Shown: positions 14,601 to 27,129 of the stretch, piece by piece
Layout of the letters: every line of letters starts with the position of its first letter
Position numbering within the stretch: position 1 is the stretch's first letter
NCBI GenBank assembly: GCA_964016885.1
Contig: OZ024747.1
Span: forward strand, 59,210,001-59,274,000
Direction of reading: 5' to 3'
Length of the DNA: 64,000 nucleotides
From: Eledone cirrhosa
Taxonomy: Eukaryota
Made by a program: the position numbers and the translations under genes
The notes under the pieces: generated by a model
Told to the model about the DNA's origin: nothing
The model's database searches: none
What the model saw: the letters and a program-made list of their open reading frames with translations, nothing else

Positions 14601-15055
14601 CCCACTACCAACAACACCATCAACACCACCACAACCACCACCATCACCACCACCACCACTGCCACCACCACCACAACTACTACTAACACCAATAACAACA
14701 CCGCCACCACAACTACTACCACCACCATCACCACCACCACCACCTCCAACAACACCGTCACCGCAACCACCACCAACCGCCACCACCACCTCCAATAACA
14801 CCACCACTACCACAACTACTACCAACACCAACGCACCACCGCCACCGTCACCGCCGCCACCACCACCACCACCACCACCATCACCGCCACCACCACCACA
14901 ACTACTACCAACGCCGCCACCCTCACCGCCACCACCACCACCACCATCGCCACCGCCGCCGCCACCACAACTACTGCCAACACCAACGCCGCCACCGCCA
15001 CCGTCCCGCCACCACCACCACCACCACCAACACCAACACCACCACCACCACCACA
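11610..15055. repeat. 18-bp-based minisatellite (CCAACACCACTACCACCA / CCAACACCACTATCACTA)
   Basis: Direct reading. It accounts for the 1041-aa Pro/Thr and 1155-aa Val ORFs. Confidence 0.95.
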
Positions 15056-15265
15056 CAGTGTTAGTTCACCTCCTCCCTCCCTCCAGTAGGAAATCTCTAT
15101 CGGAATCTCTCCTTCCTTCTCCCCTGATGTTACCAGAACTGTCATTGCACATTTACAACTTGCGGACATACTAACCAACAAACTGTGTGTGGGGGATAGG
15201 TGTGTACATATACATACATATATGGTGTGTGGTGTGTGTGTGTCTGTGTGTGTGTGTGTGTGTGT

Positions 15266-15301
<36 letters not shown>

Positions 15302-15340
15302 TGTGTATGTGGTGTGTGTGTCTGCGTGGATGTGTGTGTG

Positions 15341-15381
<41 letters not shown>

Positions 15382-15446
15382 GTGTGCGTGCGTGCGTGCG
15401 TGTGTATATATATATATGTATGTATGTATATGTATGTGCGTGTGTG

Positions 15447-15480
<34 letters not shown>

Positions 15481-15671
15481 TATATATATGTATGTATGTA
15501 TATATACATTAGCAATTGTTTTATATATATATGTATGTGTGTGTGTGTGTGTGTGCATGTGTGCGTGTGTATATATATATATGTGTATGTATATGTATGT
15601 GCGTGTGTGTGTGTATATATATATATAGAGAGAGAGAGAGATATGTATGTATGCATATATACATTAGTAAT

Positions 15672-15747
<76 letters not shown>

Positions 15748-15982
15748 GTGTGTGTCTGAAAGAGATGAAGAAAAATTGAGAACAGTGAGAAGAAGAAGAA
15801 GAAGAAGAAGAAGAAAACAACAACAACAACAACTACAACAAACAAGAGCAATACCAACAAGAAATATTACTACTGTAACTACTACTACTACTACTACCAC
15901 TACCACCACTGTTACTATTACTACTACCAACACCACCACTACTATTACTACCACCACTACTACTACTCCTACTACCACCACC

Positions 15983-16028
<46 letters not shown>

Positions 16029-16051
16029 TTACTACTACTATTCCTACTATC

Positions 16052-16082
<31 letters not shown>

Positions 16083-16182
16083 AAACTCTTATAACAACAT
16101 TGCCTCAGACATACAGTGAACCGGAAATTGACTCATTTGAAACTTGCTAGCAACAGTACCCCTGTTAAATTTTCATATATAT

Positions 16183-16317
16183 ATGAAATAGCCGTCGAAA
16201 CGGATTGAGCTCTGCCGTCGGGGTCATACTTTTTCCTATTTCCCACTCTACTGCCCTAAGTATTGAGTACTCTGGTGCGTTATGGTCCATCTGGTTCCTT
16301 ACCACAATTCCTTTGTT
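16183..16317 (+). mobile_element. Short TA-associated repeat family R, copy 1
   Basis: Same sequence (GAAACGG.TTGAGCTCTGCCGTCGGGGTC...CTGGTTCCTTACCAC) recurs at 22714-22898 and 56966-57212, with a degenerate copy near 25896-25990. Confidence 0.85.
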
Positions 16318-16608
16318 ATATATATATATATATATATATATGAAAAATATGGGGAGAAGAATACTGCATGGTTGCACATGGATTACATGTTATAAAATGA
16401 GTCCCTCATCAGTGATTTGCCAACGATCATTGGTATTTCATCGCATTAAAAATCATATACCTCACGTTGGTGCGACAATAACTAAAATAAGTTATTAGGA
16501 CAATTGAAACGCGTAAAGCGAGTGAGACAAGTAAACAACACAGAGGAAAGCTAACCAAAGATGGAAAGAAACACAAGCAACATGGTTATTCTGTCAGCAT
16601 AAGCTGTG

Positions 16609-16694
<86 letters not shown>

Positions 16695-16887
16695 AAAATG
16701 AGGCTTATTAATGAAAAAAAACGAGATGACTTACACGAGTGGGAAAATAATTCAAACTCAATTGAAAAAAAATCAAAACAGATTCATCCACAGAATTTTG
16801 TGAAATCCAGGGAAAAATCAATAGAGCCTTAACTCAGAATAAAATAAAGTTTAAATACTCATCCTTCAATTTTGAAAAACTACAAAT

Positions 16888-16967
16888 GCTCTGTATAGTC
16901 TTAAAAAGACTATTTCACGAAACTATCAGTGGGGATGGTCACGGTTGGAGTCGATCATCAGCAGAGC
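16888..16967 (-). ncRNA. Type I hammerhead ribozyme with full stem III
   Basis: Minus strand reads GCTCTG-CTGATGA-[38-nt stem/loop II]-GAAA-TAGTCTT(TTT)AAGACTA-TA|CAGAGC: perfect 6-bp stem I and 8-bp stem III. Confidence 0.75.
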
Positions 16968-17109
16968 TCAAAAACACGATAACCCTAGGGCCACTGTTAT
17001 AATATGCCAAAAGGGAATTTAAAAGCATACTAGTTTACATCATGCTTAATTATGAATTACATTATCTACCTCTGACCAAATCCTCAGTATATGTATGTAT
17101 GTATGTATA

Positions 17110-17188
<79 letters not shown>

Positions 17189-17707
17189 ATGTAGTTGACG
17201 GCCGAGAAATAAGAGTTCCCATTGCCGAAGTAGAGTTAAAATATTCATTTTATTAAGAATTAATAGTGAAACTCTCGACTATTTGATTTTAAATTTGGGA
17301 TCATGTTTTAAATTAAATTCTTTAGTTGCAGACTCTGCAGTGTGGTCGATTGGACCTTTTTACTTCAGGTTCTTTAGTAAAGGTTTGCAGTTTTGCATTC
17401 GTTAGCATCTTTTATAGACATTCATCGGAAGTGTAAAAGTATGTGAAATATTTAAGAAATTCAGCATGTAATAACTGCATATACACGTGTATAGACACAG
17501 AAATATAAGCACGTGTACACATATAACTTAAAATGTACAGATTCACACATGCTATAACACCCATACATGCTCACACACACACACACAAACACATACTGTC
17601 ATACATACGTATTCGCCTAGTTGATGTTGTCTAAATTCCATCTCTCTCTCTCTCTCTTCTGGTGAAAATATATGAAATAATAAAACCAGAAGATATACAT
17701 GCATACG

Positions 17708-17740
<33 letters not shown>

Positions 17741-18681
17741 ATGTGTGTACACACATATATATATACCATCACTAACAACAAGAAAAGTACCAACAGCAAT
17801 ACTATCAACACACCAGCAGCCACGCCGACACCACCACCACTACCACCACCACCACCACCACCACCACCAACAACAAAAACACCAACAATACCAACAACAT
17901 CATACCACCATTACAACAACAAGACAACAACCACCACCACCACCACCGCCAACACCACCACCACCAACAACAACACAACAATCACCACCAACAACACCAC
18001 CACCAACAACAACAATAACACCACCAACAACAACAACACCACCAACAACAACACAACAACCACCACCAACAACCACCACGACCAACAACAACAACAACAA
18101 CAACACCAACAACAACAACAACAACAATCACCACCAACAACCACCACGACCAACAACAACAACAACAACACCAACACCAACAACACAACAATCACCACCA
18201 CCAACCACCACCAACAACAACAATAACAAGAACAACAACGGAAACGCCAATACCAGCACTAGCAGTGACAAGGACATGAAAATCAAAAAGTGAAAATGGC
18301 ATCTCACTGAAACGAAGCAATAAGTTTGCAGTATGATATCCAATACAAATTGGCTAGTCATTACAGATTTTAGCATAGCTTTAGTTTCAGCGGGAAATCA
18401 AGTAATGTGCTATGACAATATCCCCCCTCATATAATATGATATCGATTGCAAATGGAGGCAAAGTTGAGATAGAAATATATTTTACTGAATTTTTCTCAT
18501 TGCTTCAAGCAAATGGAACAGACAACTTAAGCTTCACCTCAACCTTTAGATTAAACCTCTTTTCTCATGTATGTATATATATTTGTGTGTATATATGTGT
18601 GTGTGTGTGCGCGCATGCGTACATACATACATAGATAAATATCTGTGTGTTTGTGTGTATTATGTGTATTATATCATATAA

Positions 18682-18757
<76 letters not shown>

Positions 18758-19005
18758 GAGGTACGTGGCTAGGTGGTAAGAGTGTTGGATCATAATGTCG
18801 TGGGTTCGATTCCTGGGTTGCGTGTTGTGTTCTTGAGCAAAACACTTCATGTCACGTTGCTCCAGTATACTCAGCTGGAAATGAGTACCAGCAATAGCTG
18901 GAGGTTTAACCTTGCGATGGACTGGCGTCCTGTCCAGGGGGGAGTATTGTGCTCTCAGTCGCTTCACGCCATGAAACCGGGATAAGCACGTAGTCCTTAC
19001 GATTC
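18758..19005 (+). mobile_element. tRNA-derived SINE with Meta/V-domain-like core
   Basis: A box TGGCTAGGTGG, B box GGTTCGATTCC, core CCTTGCGATGGACTGGCGTCCTGTCCAGGGGGGAGTA. Confidence 0.75.
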
Positions 19006-19054
19006 TAACACATGTATGTTTATATTAGTGTTCATCTCCCTTGTTTATTCATTT

Positions 19055-19139
<85 letters not shown>

Positions 19140-19143
<4 letters not shown>

Positions 19144-19436
19144 TAAAAAGGAAAAGAAAATGCTGACAAACTTTTCCCAGTGAAAAATAGTTTAATTAGG
19201 AATAAGTATAAATTAGTAATAAGCATTGGTTAGTATTCAGTTTTAGTTTTAAGTTGTTACCGGTTGCGCATTTCTAATGCTTTTCAAAAATAATTTTGAG
19301 ATGTTTGCGCAACCGGTAAAAACTTAAAACTAAAACTGAATACTAACCAATACTTATTACTAATTTTTACTTATTCCTAATTAAACTATTTTTCACTGGG
19401 AAAAATTTGTCACCATTTTCTTTTCCTTTTTACTAA
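19140..19436. repeat. Foldback with ~130-bp inverted arms next to (TA)n
   Basis: 19140-19270 is the reverse complement of 19306-19436; 35-nt spacer. Confidence 0.85.
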
Positions 19437-20309
19437 TATATCATACTTCGTGTGTCACACCTCTATTTTTTTAAATATATATATACACATATCTATATAT
19501 CGCCCCGTGGTGCCACGTTCAATCTCATTGCTTGGTTGTTTGGTAACTTGGGCAAGTAGCTTCAGCGATAGCCTCGTGATCTTTAGTAGACAGAAACTAT
19601 TCAGAAGACCACAGTTTATATATATATATGTGTGTATATGTTTCTGTGTAAATGGAAGTGGGCTCCCGTGTATCTGTGTTTATTTTCACATAAACCACTG
19701 TTGTCTTTTCTGCGAGGCACAGCCTCAACACCGGAGCGCCCTAGGCCCAGAGCCCATCATCCGCCCCTGCCCTACCATTCTTTTGTGGCCCTAGAACACT
19801 TACCTTTCCCTTCCTTTTCCGTTTTTAAATATTTGTAGTGTTTTACTAATTGTTTTATAGTCCGTCATTCAAGTAGTTAACCAGTGTTTATGTTGTGCCT
19901 CTTTGCTTTTCGTAATAATACAGTTGAAGGGAGTGAATTGACATAATGACTAGGGGGTCAGACTTCAAATGCTTCCTCACTGGGCTCTGAGTTCAATTCC
20001 CACCGGGGTCAACTTCATCTTTCATCATTTCGAGGTCGATAAATACCAGTCCACTAATAATATCGATTCTTCCCGTCTATTTTTCCGCAAGAAATCGGCT
20101 GTGTTCTGACCTAAAGATAGATTAGTTCCACAAGGTTTTAAATTCCCAAGACGGTGCATTATATTACTTAATATTGTGGTTATATAATTATTAATGGAAT
20201 AAATAATCTGTATTTGAATACTGAAAACCTTGAACATCGGAGGCGTTAATTTAACATTTATAGATCCAAGCCAATTCGAAACTCAGTCACAACAACATTT
20301 TGTGATGTA

Positions 20310-21075
20310 CATGAAATGCATCAGGGAGTGATGACTAACCTCTTAGTGGCTGAGGTCACCAAAGTGATTAAAGAGCTCAAATGTGGCAAGTCTTCTGGGG
20401 AGGATGAAATTCGGCCTGAGATGTTAAAAATCTTAAATAGAGAAGGAAGGTATTCTCTGGCTGACTCGTGTTTGGTGGGTGGCCGGAATCTTCGGAAAGG
20501 CATCTAAGCAATGACAATCGAGAGAGATAATCCCAATTTTCAAAAAGAGAGATTACTCTGATTATAGAGAGATCTCCATGTTAAGACACTCGGTAAAGTC
20601 TATCCTATGTGTCTGGCAAAGAGATATAGGGATATTGTTGAGTCCATGCTAGCTGACGGACAGCGTGGTTTTTGCCCCGGATGCAGCACAGCCAACTAAA
20701 CATTCACACTGCGGCAGGTTTTCGATAAATCGTGGGATTATTGCCAAGAAGTGTATGTTTGTTTCGTAGGTCTCGAAAACAAATACAACCGTGTTCCACG
20801 GGACCTGCTGCGGAAGGTTCTGCAGGAGTAAGGAATCAATGGACAGCTTCTTACTGCCTTGATGTCTCTATACCAATACCTTAGCATTTGTGTTCAGATA
20901 AATGGTACAAAGTCAAAACAATTCAATGTGAGTGTTGGACTCCACCAAGGGTGCGTATTATCACCTATCCTGTTCATAATTTTCATGAACAGGATTGACA
21001 TGCACAGGTGGGTTGCATGTGATATCAAGACTGGCAGATGTAGGATCAACCAGCTGGAATTTACAGACAAAGTAC
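20310..21075 (+). pseudogene. Degraded RTE-type LINE reverse transcriptase
   Basis: Fragments EVTKVIKELKCGKSSGEDEIRPEMLK, IIPIFKK, QRGFCPG, CFVGLENKYNRV and VGLHQGCVLSPILFIIFMN, with stops and frameshifts. Confidence 0.85.
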
Positions 21076-22147
21076 TTCTTCACTCGCCGGGCATTTTAGA
21101 CCTGCCGAAACCCATTCCTCGCCATATCTGAACGTGACTGATTTCTTCCTGAGAAGGAGAAAGGATAATGGGAGGGGAAGGGTGAAATGAGAAGGATTGT
21201 CCTCACTACTGGAATGCTGCTTTATCGACCACGAAGGATGAAAGGTTGTTGACCTCGGAAAGAATTAAACAAAGAATGCAGAGTCCTGAAACAAATAGCG
21301 CAAATTATTCTTTCCGGCGTTCTAAAGACTGACAGTTCGTTGCCTGCCATACAATAAACAAATACCAGACTTTAAAATGATTATTAGGCTCCATATAATC
21401 GAGTAAACCCTTGAAGGCGATGCTCCAGCGTGACCAATATCCAAAGACTGAAACCAGTAAAATAATAACAATAGATTCTTGGAGAAGAATATAGTGGTGT
21501 GGCACAAGACAGATTTTAGCCTAGAGCCGGATAATGTGGATAATGACCACACGAATGATATAAATCAACAGCAGAATCTTGCAAAATGAGTCACTATGGC
21601 ACCATTGATCTTTCATACTGTAGTTCCTTTCTTAAGTATATTTCTCAAAAAGCGAAAGAACTACGTAGTTGGGAAATAAAAGAGGCACTCTAAATAAAAC
21701 CCCCTATTTAATATGGATGACTGAAAGAAGCTAAATGCAAAAATGAAGACTCTATATTTGGGCTGAGTTCCAAATAGCACAGATATTTAGCAAAATTATA
21801 ACAACGGAATATTTGTATAGAGAAATGTGTCAGCGACATGTGTAAAAAGTTTAAATAGATAAAAATAATAATAATAATAAAGGCAGAAGAAACGAATGGT
21901 TTGTAAAGGAATGGATAAAGCACTAGGGAAGCTTGAACCATAGGAAATATACAAGTGGAGTTGCTGGAGACATGCCAAATGCAACACAAAATAGTGAAAG
22001 AGAAAACTGAATATAAAGCAAAAAAGATAACGCGATTTTTATAGTGTGTGTTAACATAGCCAATAAGGCTCGCCAATAAATACTAAAGTCATATTTATAT
22101 GCAATGTATAGTAACGTATCAACCATAATAATACGCCACGTGTGTTT

Positions 22148-22180
<33 letters not shown>

Positions 22181-22194
22181 TATAATGATAATAA

Positions 22195-22515
22195 TTATTT
22201 TTTCTACTTTTGGCACAAGGCTAGCAATTAACCAGTGCATTACTGGTACTTTATTTTATCGACCCCGTAAGGATAAAAGGCAAAGTTAACCTCGGCGGGA
22301 TTTGAACTCAGAATGGCAAGGGCCGTAACTCTATGTGTCAAAGCATGGCGTCCGACACTCTACCGATACTGCCAATCCACCGCCATCAATGATTACTGGT
22401 ACTTTATTTTATCGACCCCGTAAGGATGAAAGGCAAAGCTAAACTCGGCGGCATTTGAACTCAGAACGTAAAGGGCCATGACTATGCTGCAAAGCATGGT
22501 GTCTGACGCTCTACG
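22195..22515 (-). mobile_element. Two tandem S1 SINE copies (full plus 3'-truncated)
   Basis: Same sequence as 9501-9689, repeated twice. Confidence 0.85.
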
Positions 22516-22678
22516 ATAATATAGAAACGAAGTCATCGGAAGAACCGGTGTATCTCCGACCGGTGTCACTCACTCAATGCTTCAATTAGGCTAGCATCAT
22601 TAGGATACCAACCAAAAAGGAAAGCAGAGTTCACACTTATACGTTAATAGTGAGAGACACGATTTCATGTGGATAGAG

Positions 22679-22713
<35 letters not shown>

Positions 22714-22716
<3 letters not shown>

Positions 22717-22898
22717 CGAAGGAAATGTGGTAAGGAACCAGATGGACCATAACGCACCAAAGTACTCAATACTTAGGGTAGTAGAGTGGGTAATAGGAAC
22801 GAGTAGGACCCCGACGGCTGAGCTCAAGCCGTTTCAACGGCTAATTCTGGACTAGTCGAGACGGCTTGAGCTCAGCCGTCGGGGTCCTACTCGTTCCT
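22714..22898 (-). mobile_element. Family R copy with inverted duplication
   Basis: AGGAACGAGTAGGACCCCGACGGCTGAGCTCAAGCCGT followed ~28 nt later by its reverse complement. Confidence 0.85.
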
Positions 22899-22921
22899 GT
22901 ATGTATGTATGTATGTATGTA

Positions 22922-23334
<413 letters not shown>

Positions 23335-23365
23335 TCATATACAATGCATCAAGTAAACTAAAATT

Positions 23366-23400
<35 letters not shown>

Positions 23401-23420
23401 GTATATATATATATATATAT

Positions 23421-24064
23421 AAAAGAATTTTCGCTCTACATGGCTGAATACAATAAATGTAATCTGAGTTTTTCGAATATTAATAATAACATTCGATTCG
23501 TTTGCAATTATGCAAACAAGCCTCATTTTTAAAGCCATGTCGGTAGAATGAACCCTTCATTCTTGCTCTTGTGTTGGCATGTAAACAGAACTGCAGACGC
23601 TAATGTTCCTGGGTATCACCCTTCATCAATACAGCTCCACTGTTCACCTGCCAACTGTCAGAGCTAGTTAAATATATGCTATTTTCTAAAACATACAGTG
23701 ATTGATCGGCCTGGTTTACATATTAGCAGACTGGCTGATCAGTCAGATCTGCATATTAACAGATCCACTGAGCAGCCAGATTTGCATATCAGCAGACTGG
23801 CCAGTCAGTTTCCTGTATATGAGCGATAAATGGCCGGCTTTGCCACATTCAAATAAAAAAGAATTTTCGCTCTATTCGTGAGCTGTACTGATGAAGGGTG
23901 ATACCCAGAAGCATTAGTGTCTGCAGTTCTGTTTATATGCCAACACAAGAGCAAGAATGAAGGGCTCATTCTACCGACATGGCTTTAAAAATGAGGCTTG
24001 TTTGCATAGTTGCAAACGAATCGAATGTTATTATTAATATTCGAAAAACTCAGATTACATTTAT
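23421..24064. mobile_element. Penelope-like non-autonomous element: 185-bp inverted arms, 18-bp direct repeat, hammerheads
   Basis: Arms 23453-23637 and 23880-24064. AAAAGAATTTTCGCTCTA at 23421 and 23857. ~33-bp tandem units in the spacer. (TA)n flanks. Confidence 0.8.
23880..23929 (+). ncRNA. Type I hammerhead (one core substitution); antisense twin at 23588-23637
   Basis: GAGCTGTA-CTGATGA-AGGGT(GAT)ACCCA-GAAGC-ATTAGT-GTC|TGCAGTTC. The twin has TTGATGA and GGAAC, so the consensus of the two is canonical. Confidence 0.7.
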
Positions 24065-24218
24065 ATATATATATGCCTTAAATTCCTGACGATTTTTTAA
24101 CAGTGTTCTTTGTACGTACAGGATTGCACCTTGACCCACAAGTATTGACCGGCTCTCCGTCAAGTACTAAGGTCAACTTTTATACGAAATCTATGGAAAA
24201 TTCCAGATTTTCTGGCCC

Positions 24219-24390
24219 AAAATAAGAAATCGACTTTTACATGAGATCGACTATTACGCGAGTACATTCGGCATATATATACAAATATATATATATTATA
24301 TATATATATATAATATATATATATTTGTATATATATGCCGAATGTACTCGCGTAATAGTCGATCTCATGTAAAAGTCGATTTCTTATTTT
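24219..24390. repeat. 172-bp essentially perfect palindrome centred on a TA tract
   Basis: AAAATAAGAAATCGACTTTTACATGAG...CTCATGTAAAAGTCGATTTCTTATTTT. Confidence 0.9.
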
Positions 24391-24397
24391 ATATTAT

Positions 24398-24443
<46 letters not shown>

Positions 24444-24740
24444 CGTAAGATATTTATCTCCAAATCACTGATTTGTCGAGCAAACCTGCCAAAACCACTA
24501 CTAAAAATTTTTTTTGGGGGGGTGTTAGTAGGCGTCTGTCATCTTACCATCCCATTCCTACTGACTAGCCTCTGTGTCACGTGATTGATTCTTTAGAATC
24601 GGCCATTTGACCAGTGGCAGTGAGAATGTTCAGTGCCTGGAATCCAGTCCTCGATAGCTGTTCCATTTACAGAATTATTATTATTTTTATATGAGTCCAC
24701 AGTGTCCGCGCATTGCCTGGAGACTTGGCTGAGAATAGAC

Positions 24741-24820
24741 CTCCCTGATGACGCAATGAACTTCTCAACAGTTCATTACGTAACTGTCTTTATCCCATTG
24801 CAGAAACTAATTAGTTGGAG
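24741..24820 (+). ncRNA. Type I hammerhead with long loop II
   Basis: CTCC-CTGATGA-C-GCAATG..37 nt..CATTGC-A-GAAAC-TAATTA-GTT|GGAG. Lies in a segment 24437-24890 bounded by short inverted ends AAAAGACGT / ACGTCTTTT. Confidence 0.6.
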
Positions 24821-25012
24821 TGAAAATTTAAGTAAGTAAGTTAATTCTTTAAAAAATTTTTTTTAAAATGTTCTTATCTGACGTCTTTTATATTATTGTT
24901 CTGCATCCTCCTGCATTGAACCACCTAGGTACTATGACATAACCTGTGTATTTGCTGGCATTAGCGTACATCTGTGCGCTTATGTTAGTAGATATATTAA
25001 ATTATCTATCTA

Positions 25013-25051
<39 letters not shown>

Positions 25052-25094
25052 ATAATAATAAATGTGAAGACTAAAACTTTAATCTGTCATTTTA

Positions 25095-25127
<33 letters not shown>

Positions 25128-26089
25128 TTCCTCTCTCACTCGCATATTGAATCGTTTAAGTTGTGAGATAGAATGGTTTACGCACGTGACTGCCGCTACC
25201 AGACCGCCACTCTATATCGTTGTATAGTGGATGGAGGTATTTCATGTCCGTTAAAGGTTCTACCACTGTTACCATCGCCATCCTATCGCCACGGGGCGTG
25301 GAGATAGGAGCTGAATGCTACTATTCTACTGTGCAAAGATGTGGAATTGCTTTTTCTAATAACCAACTTTTCCCTATCTTATCAATGTGTGTTTGAGACA
25401 CGTTGGCTGAGTCCTCTTGGCGGGAGCGAAAATATTTATTTTCTAATCTCCTGTTACCACGTACATTTGTAAATCGGTGGCTGATCAGGGGACGGAGTTG
25501 TATCAGATTCCAGTTGCTAATCACTTTACTGTGTCGGCCGTCACATATAGTCATAGCCAGCATGGACTGGGGTTGAACTCTGTCGACCGATTGGTTATTG
25601 ATTAGGCGATACCCCCTCATGAACCCACATGCGCCGATTATGCATTGTTGCATAATATATGCAGACAGAGGATGCAATGCACCCTATCGCTGCATTAAGT
25701 GTGGCCGAAAGACACCTGTTTACGTGTGTTGTGTTGAAGCGATTAACTATGTGTATACTCTGGAATGTATTCTACATTATCTATTGAGTACGCTGAAATA
25801 CAACCGATCCTGGCATTGTTAAATACGCCTGGTCCGTCAACTTCTTATTATATAAATATATATTAAATGTATATGAAAAAAAAACAACAAAAAAAACCCG
25901 ACGGCAGCATCTAGCTCTTGAAACCGCCGGAGCTCAGCTGTCGCGGTCCTGAATTTTTCCATATTACCCACTCTACTGATATTACTCACTCCAATCTGAT
26001 ATTATATCCCGTTAAGGGTGATAGCAGCGATTCTTTGCTTAAACTTTAATCTGTTATTTTAATAAATAAATATATATATATATATCAGG

Positions 26090-26757
26090 ATATATTAACG
26101 GAGCCATAGACTCTCGCCGTTCCCTGTAAATAATGTGCTCAAAGGAGAGGAAATCTTGTTTTATTGATGGCGCACTGTATCTCTCTCTCTAGTGTGTTAC
26201 CTTTTCAACATATTGTATTTTAAAGAGTTCAGGATTTCCTCTCCTTTGAGCACATTATTTACAGGGTATGGCGAGAGACTATGGCTCCGTTAATGTATTG
26301 TGTTATTTCGCTCCTAATAACAGTCTTTCCTCTCTCTCTCTGTTTGGTTTAGCACATTTCTCTGAGTGGTTTAGGGCTGCCCTTTCTAGCAGCTCGTCCC
26401 TCAGAGGCCACTGGTTCACTGCCCTTAAACACGCCGTGACTTCTCTCTCCCACGTGTAGCTGGACGGTTGCTTTAAAAATTCTCTTAGTGTTGTCTGAAA
26501 TGTTGCCTTACACACGCTGATGAACCATGGGTTATTTCATTTCTGTCAACAACTTACTGACGAAACAGATCCCTTTGGATTTGTACGTGTGTTATATAGT
26601 TATAGAGGTATTTATTTACGCTTTAATTTATATTTTTAATTATCGTGTCTATAGCCTGCTTTTCATAGGTTATAGATTCCATACACTGGTGGTTTTTCCT
26701 TGTTTTATTGATAGCGCACTGTATCTCTCTCTAGTGTGTTACCTTTTCAACATATTG

Positions 26758-26761
<4 letters not shown>
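26090..26761 (+). mobile_element. Penelope-like non-autonomous element (inverted plus direct partial repeats, hammerhead)
   Basis: Inverted pair 26090-26158 and 26230-26298. ~62-bp direct repeat at ~26156-26219 and ~26700-26761. (TA)n on both sides. Confidence 0.75.
26510..26592 (+). ncRNA. Type I hammerhead variant with 21-nt insertion after CUGAUGA
   Basis: ACACACG-CTGATGA-[ACCATGGGTTATTTCATTTCT]-GTCA(ACAACTTAC)TGAC-GAAAC-AGATCC(CTTT)GGATTT-GTA|CGTGTGT. Confidence 0.65.
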
Positions 26762-26834
<73 letters not shown>

Positions 26835-26858
26835 TATATGCATGTATGTGTGTGTGTG

Positions 26859-26889
<31 letters not shown>

Positions 26890-26906
26890 GTCTATGTATA
26901 TATGTC

Positions 26907-26975
<69 letters not shown>

Positions 26976-27129
26976 CCATAGCACACGTATAAATTAATGC
27001 TGTTTACAGTAGAACATACAATCTAATTAGTAATTCCTTGATTACGCCATTCTCTGTAAATATCCTTGAATCCGCCATTTTGCACGACTTTTTGCCTCTT
27101 GTCTTCTATATTTTCTTTAATTATTACTA

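Noticed and set aside
11561-14686. 1041-aa Pro/Thr extensin- or mucin-like ORF with hydrophobic N-terminus
   Set aside because: It starts at TTG and consists of minisatellite. The opposite strand is equally open, and similar tracts occur throughout the window.
16400-16525. CTGATGAG (minus) and GAAACGCGTA (plus) hammerhead halves
   Set aside because: They are on opposite strands and neither has its partner half or pairing stems; at most decayed relics.
24086-24216. CTGACGA...GAAA-hairpin candidate hammerhead
   Set aside because: Stem I strands do not pair.
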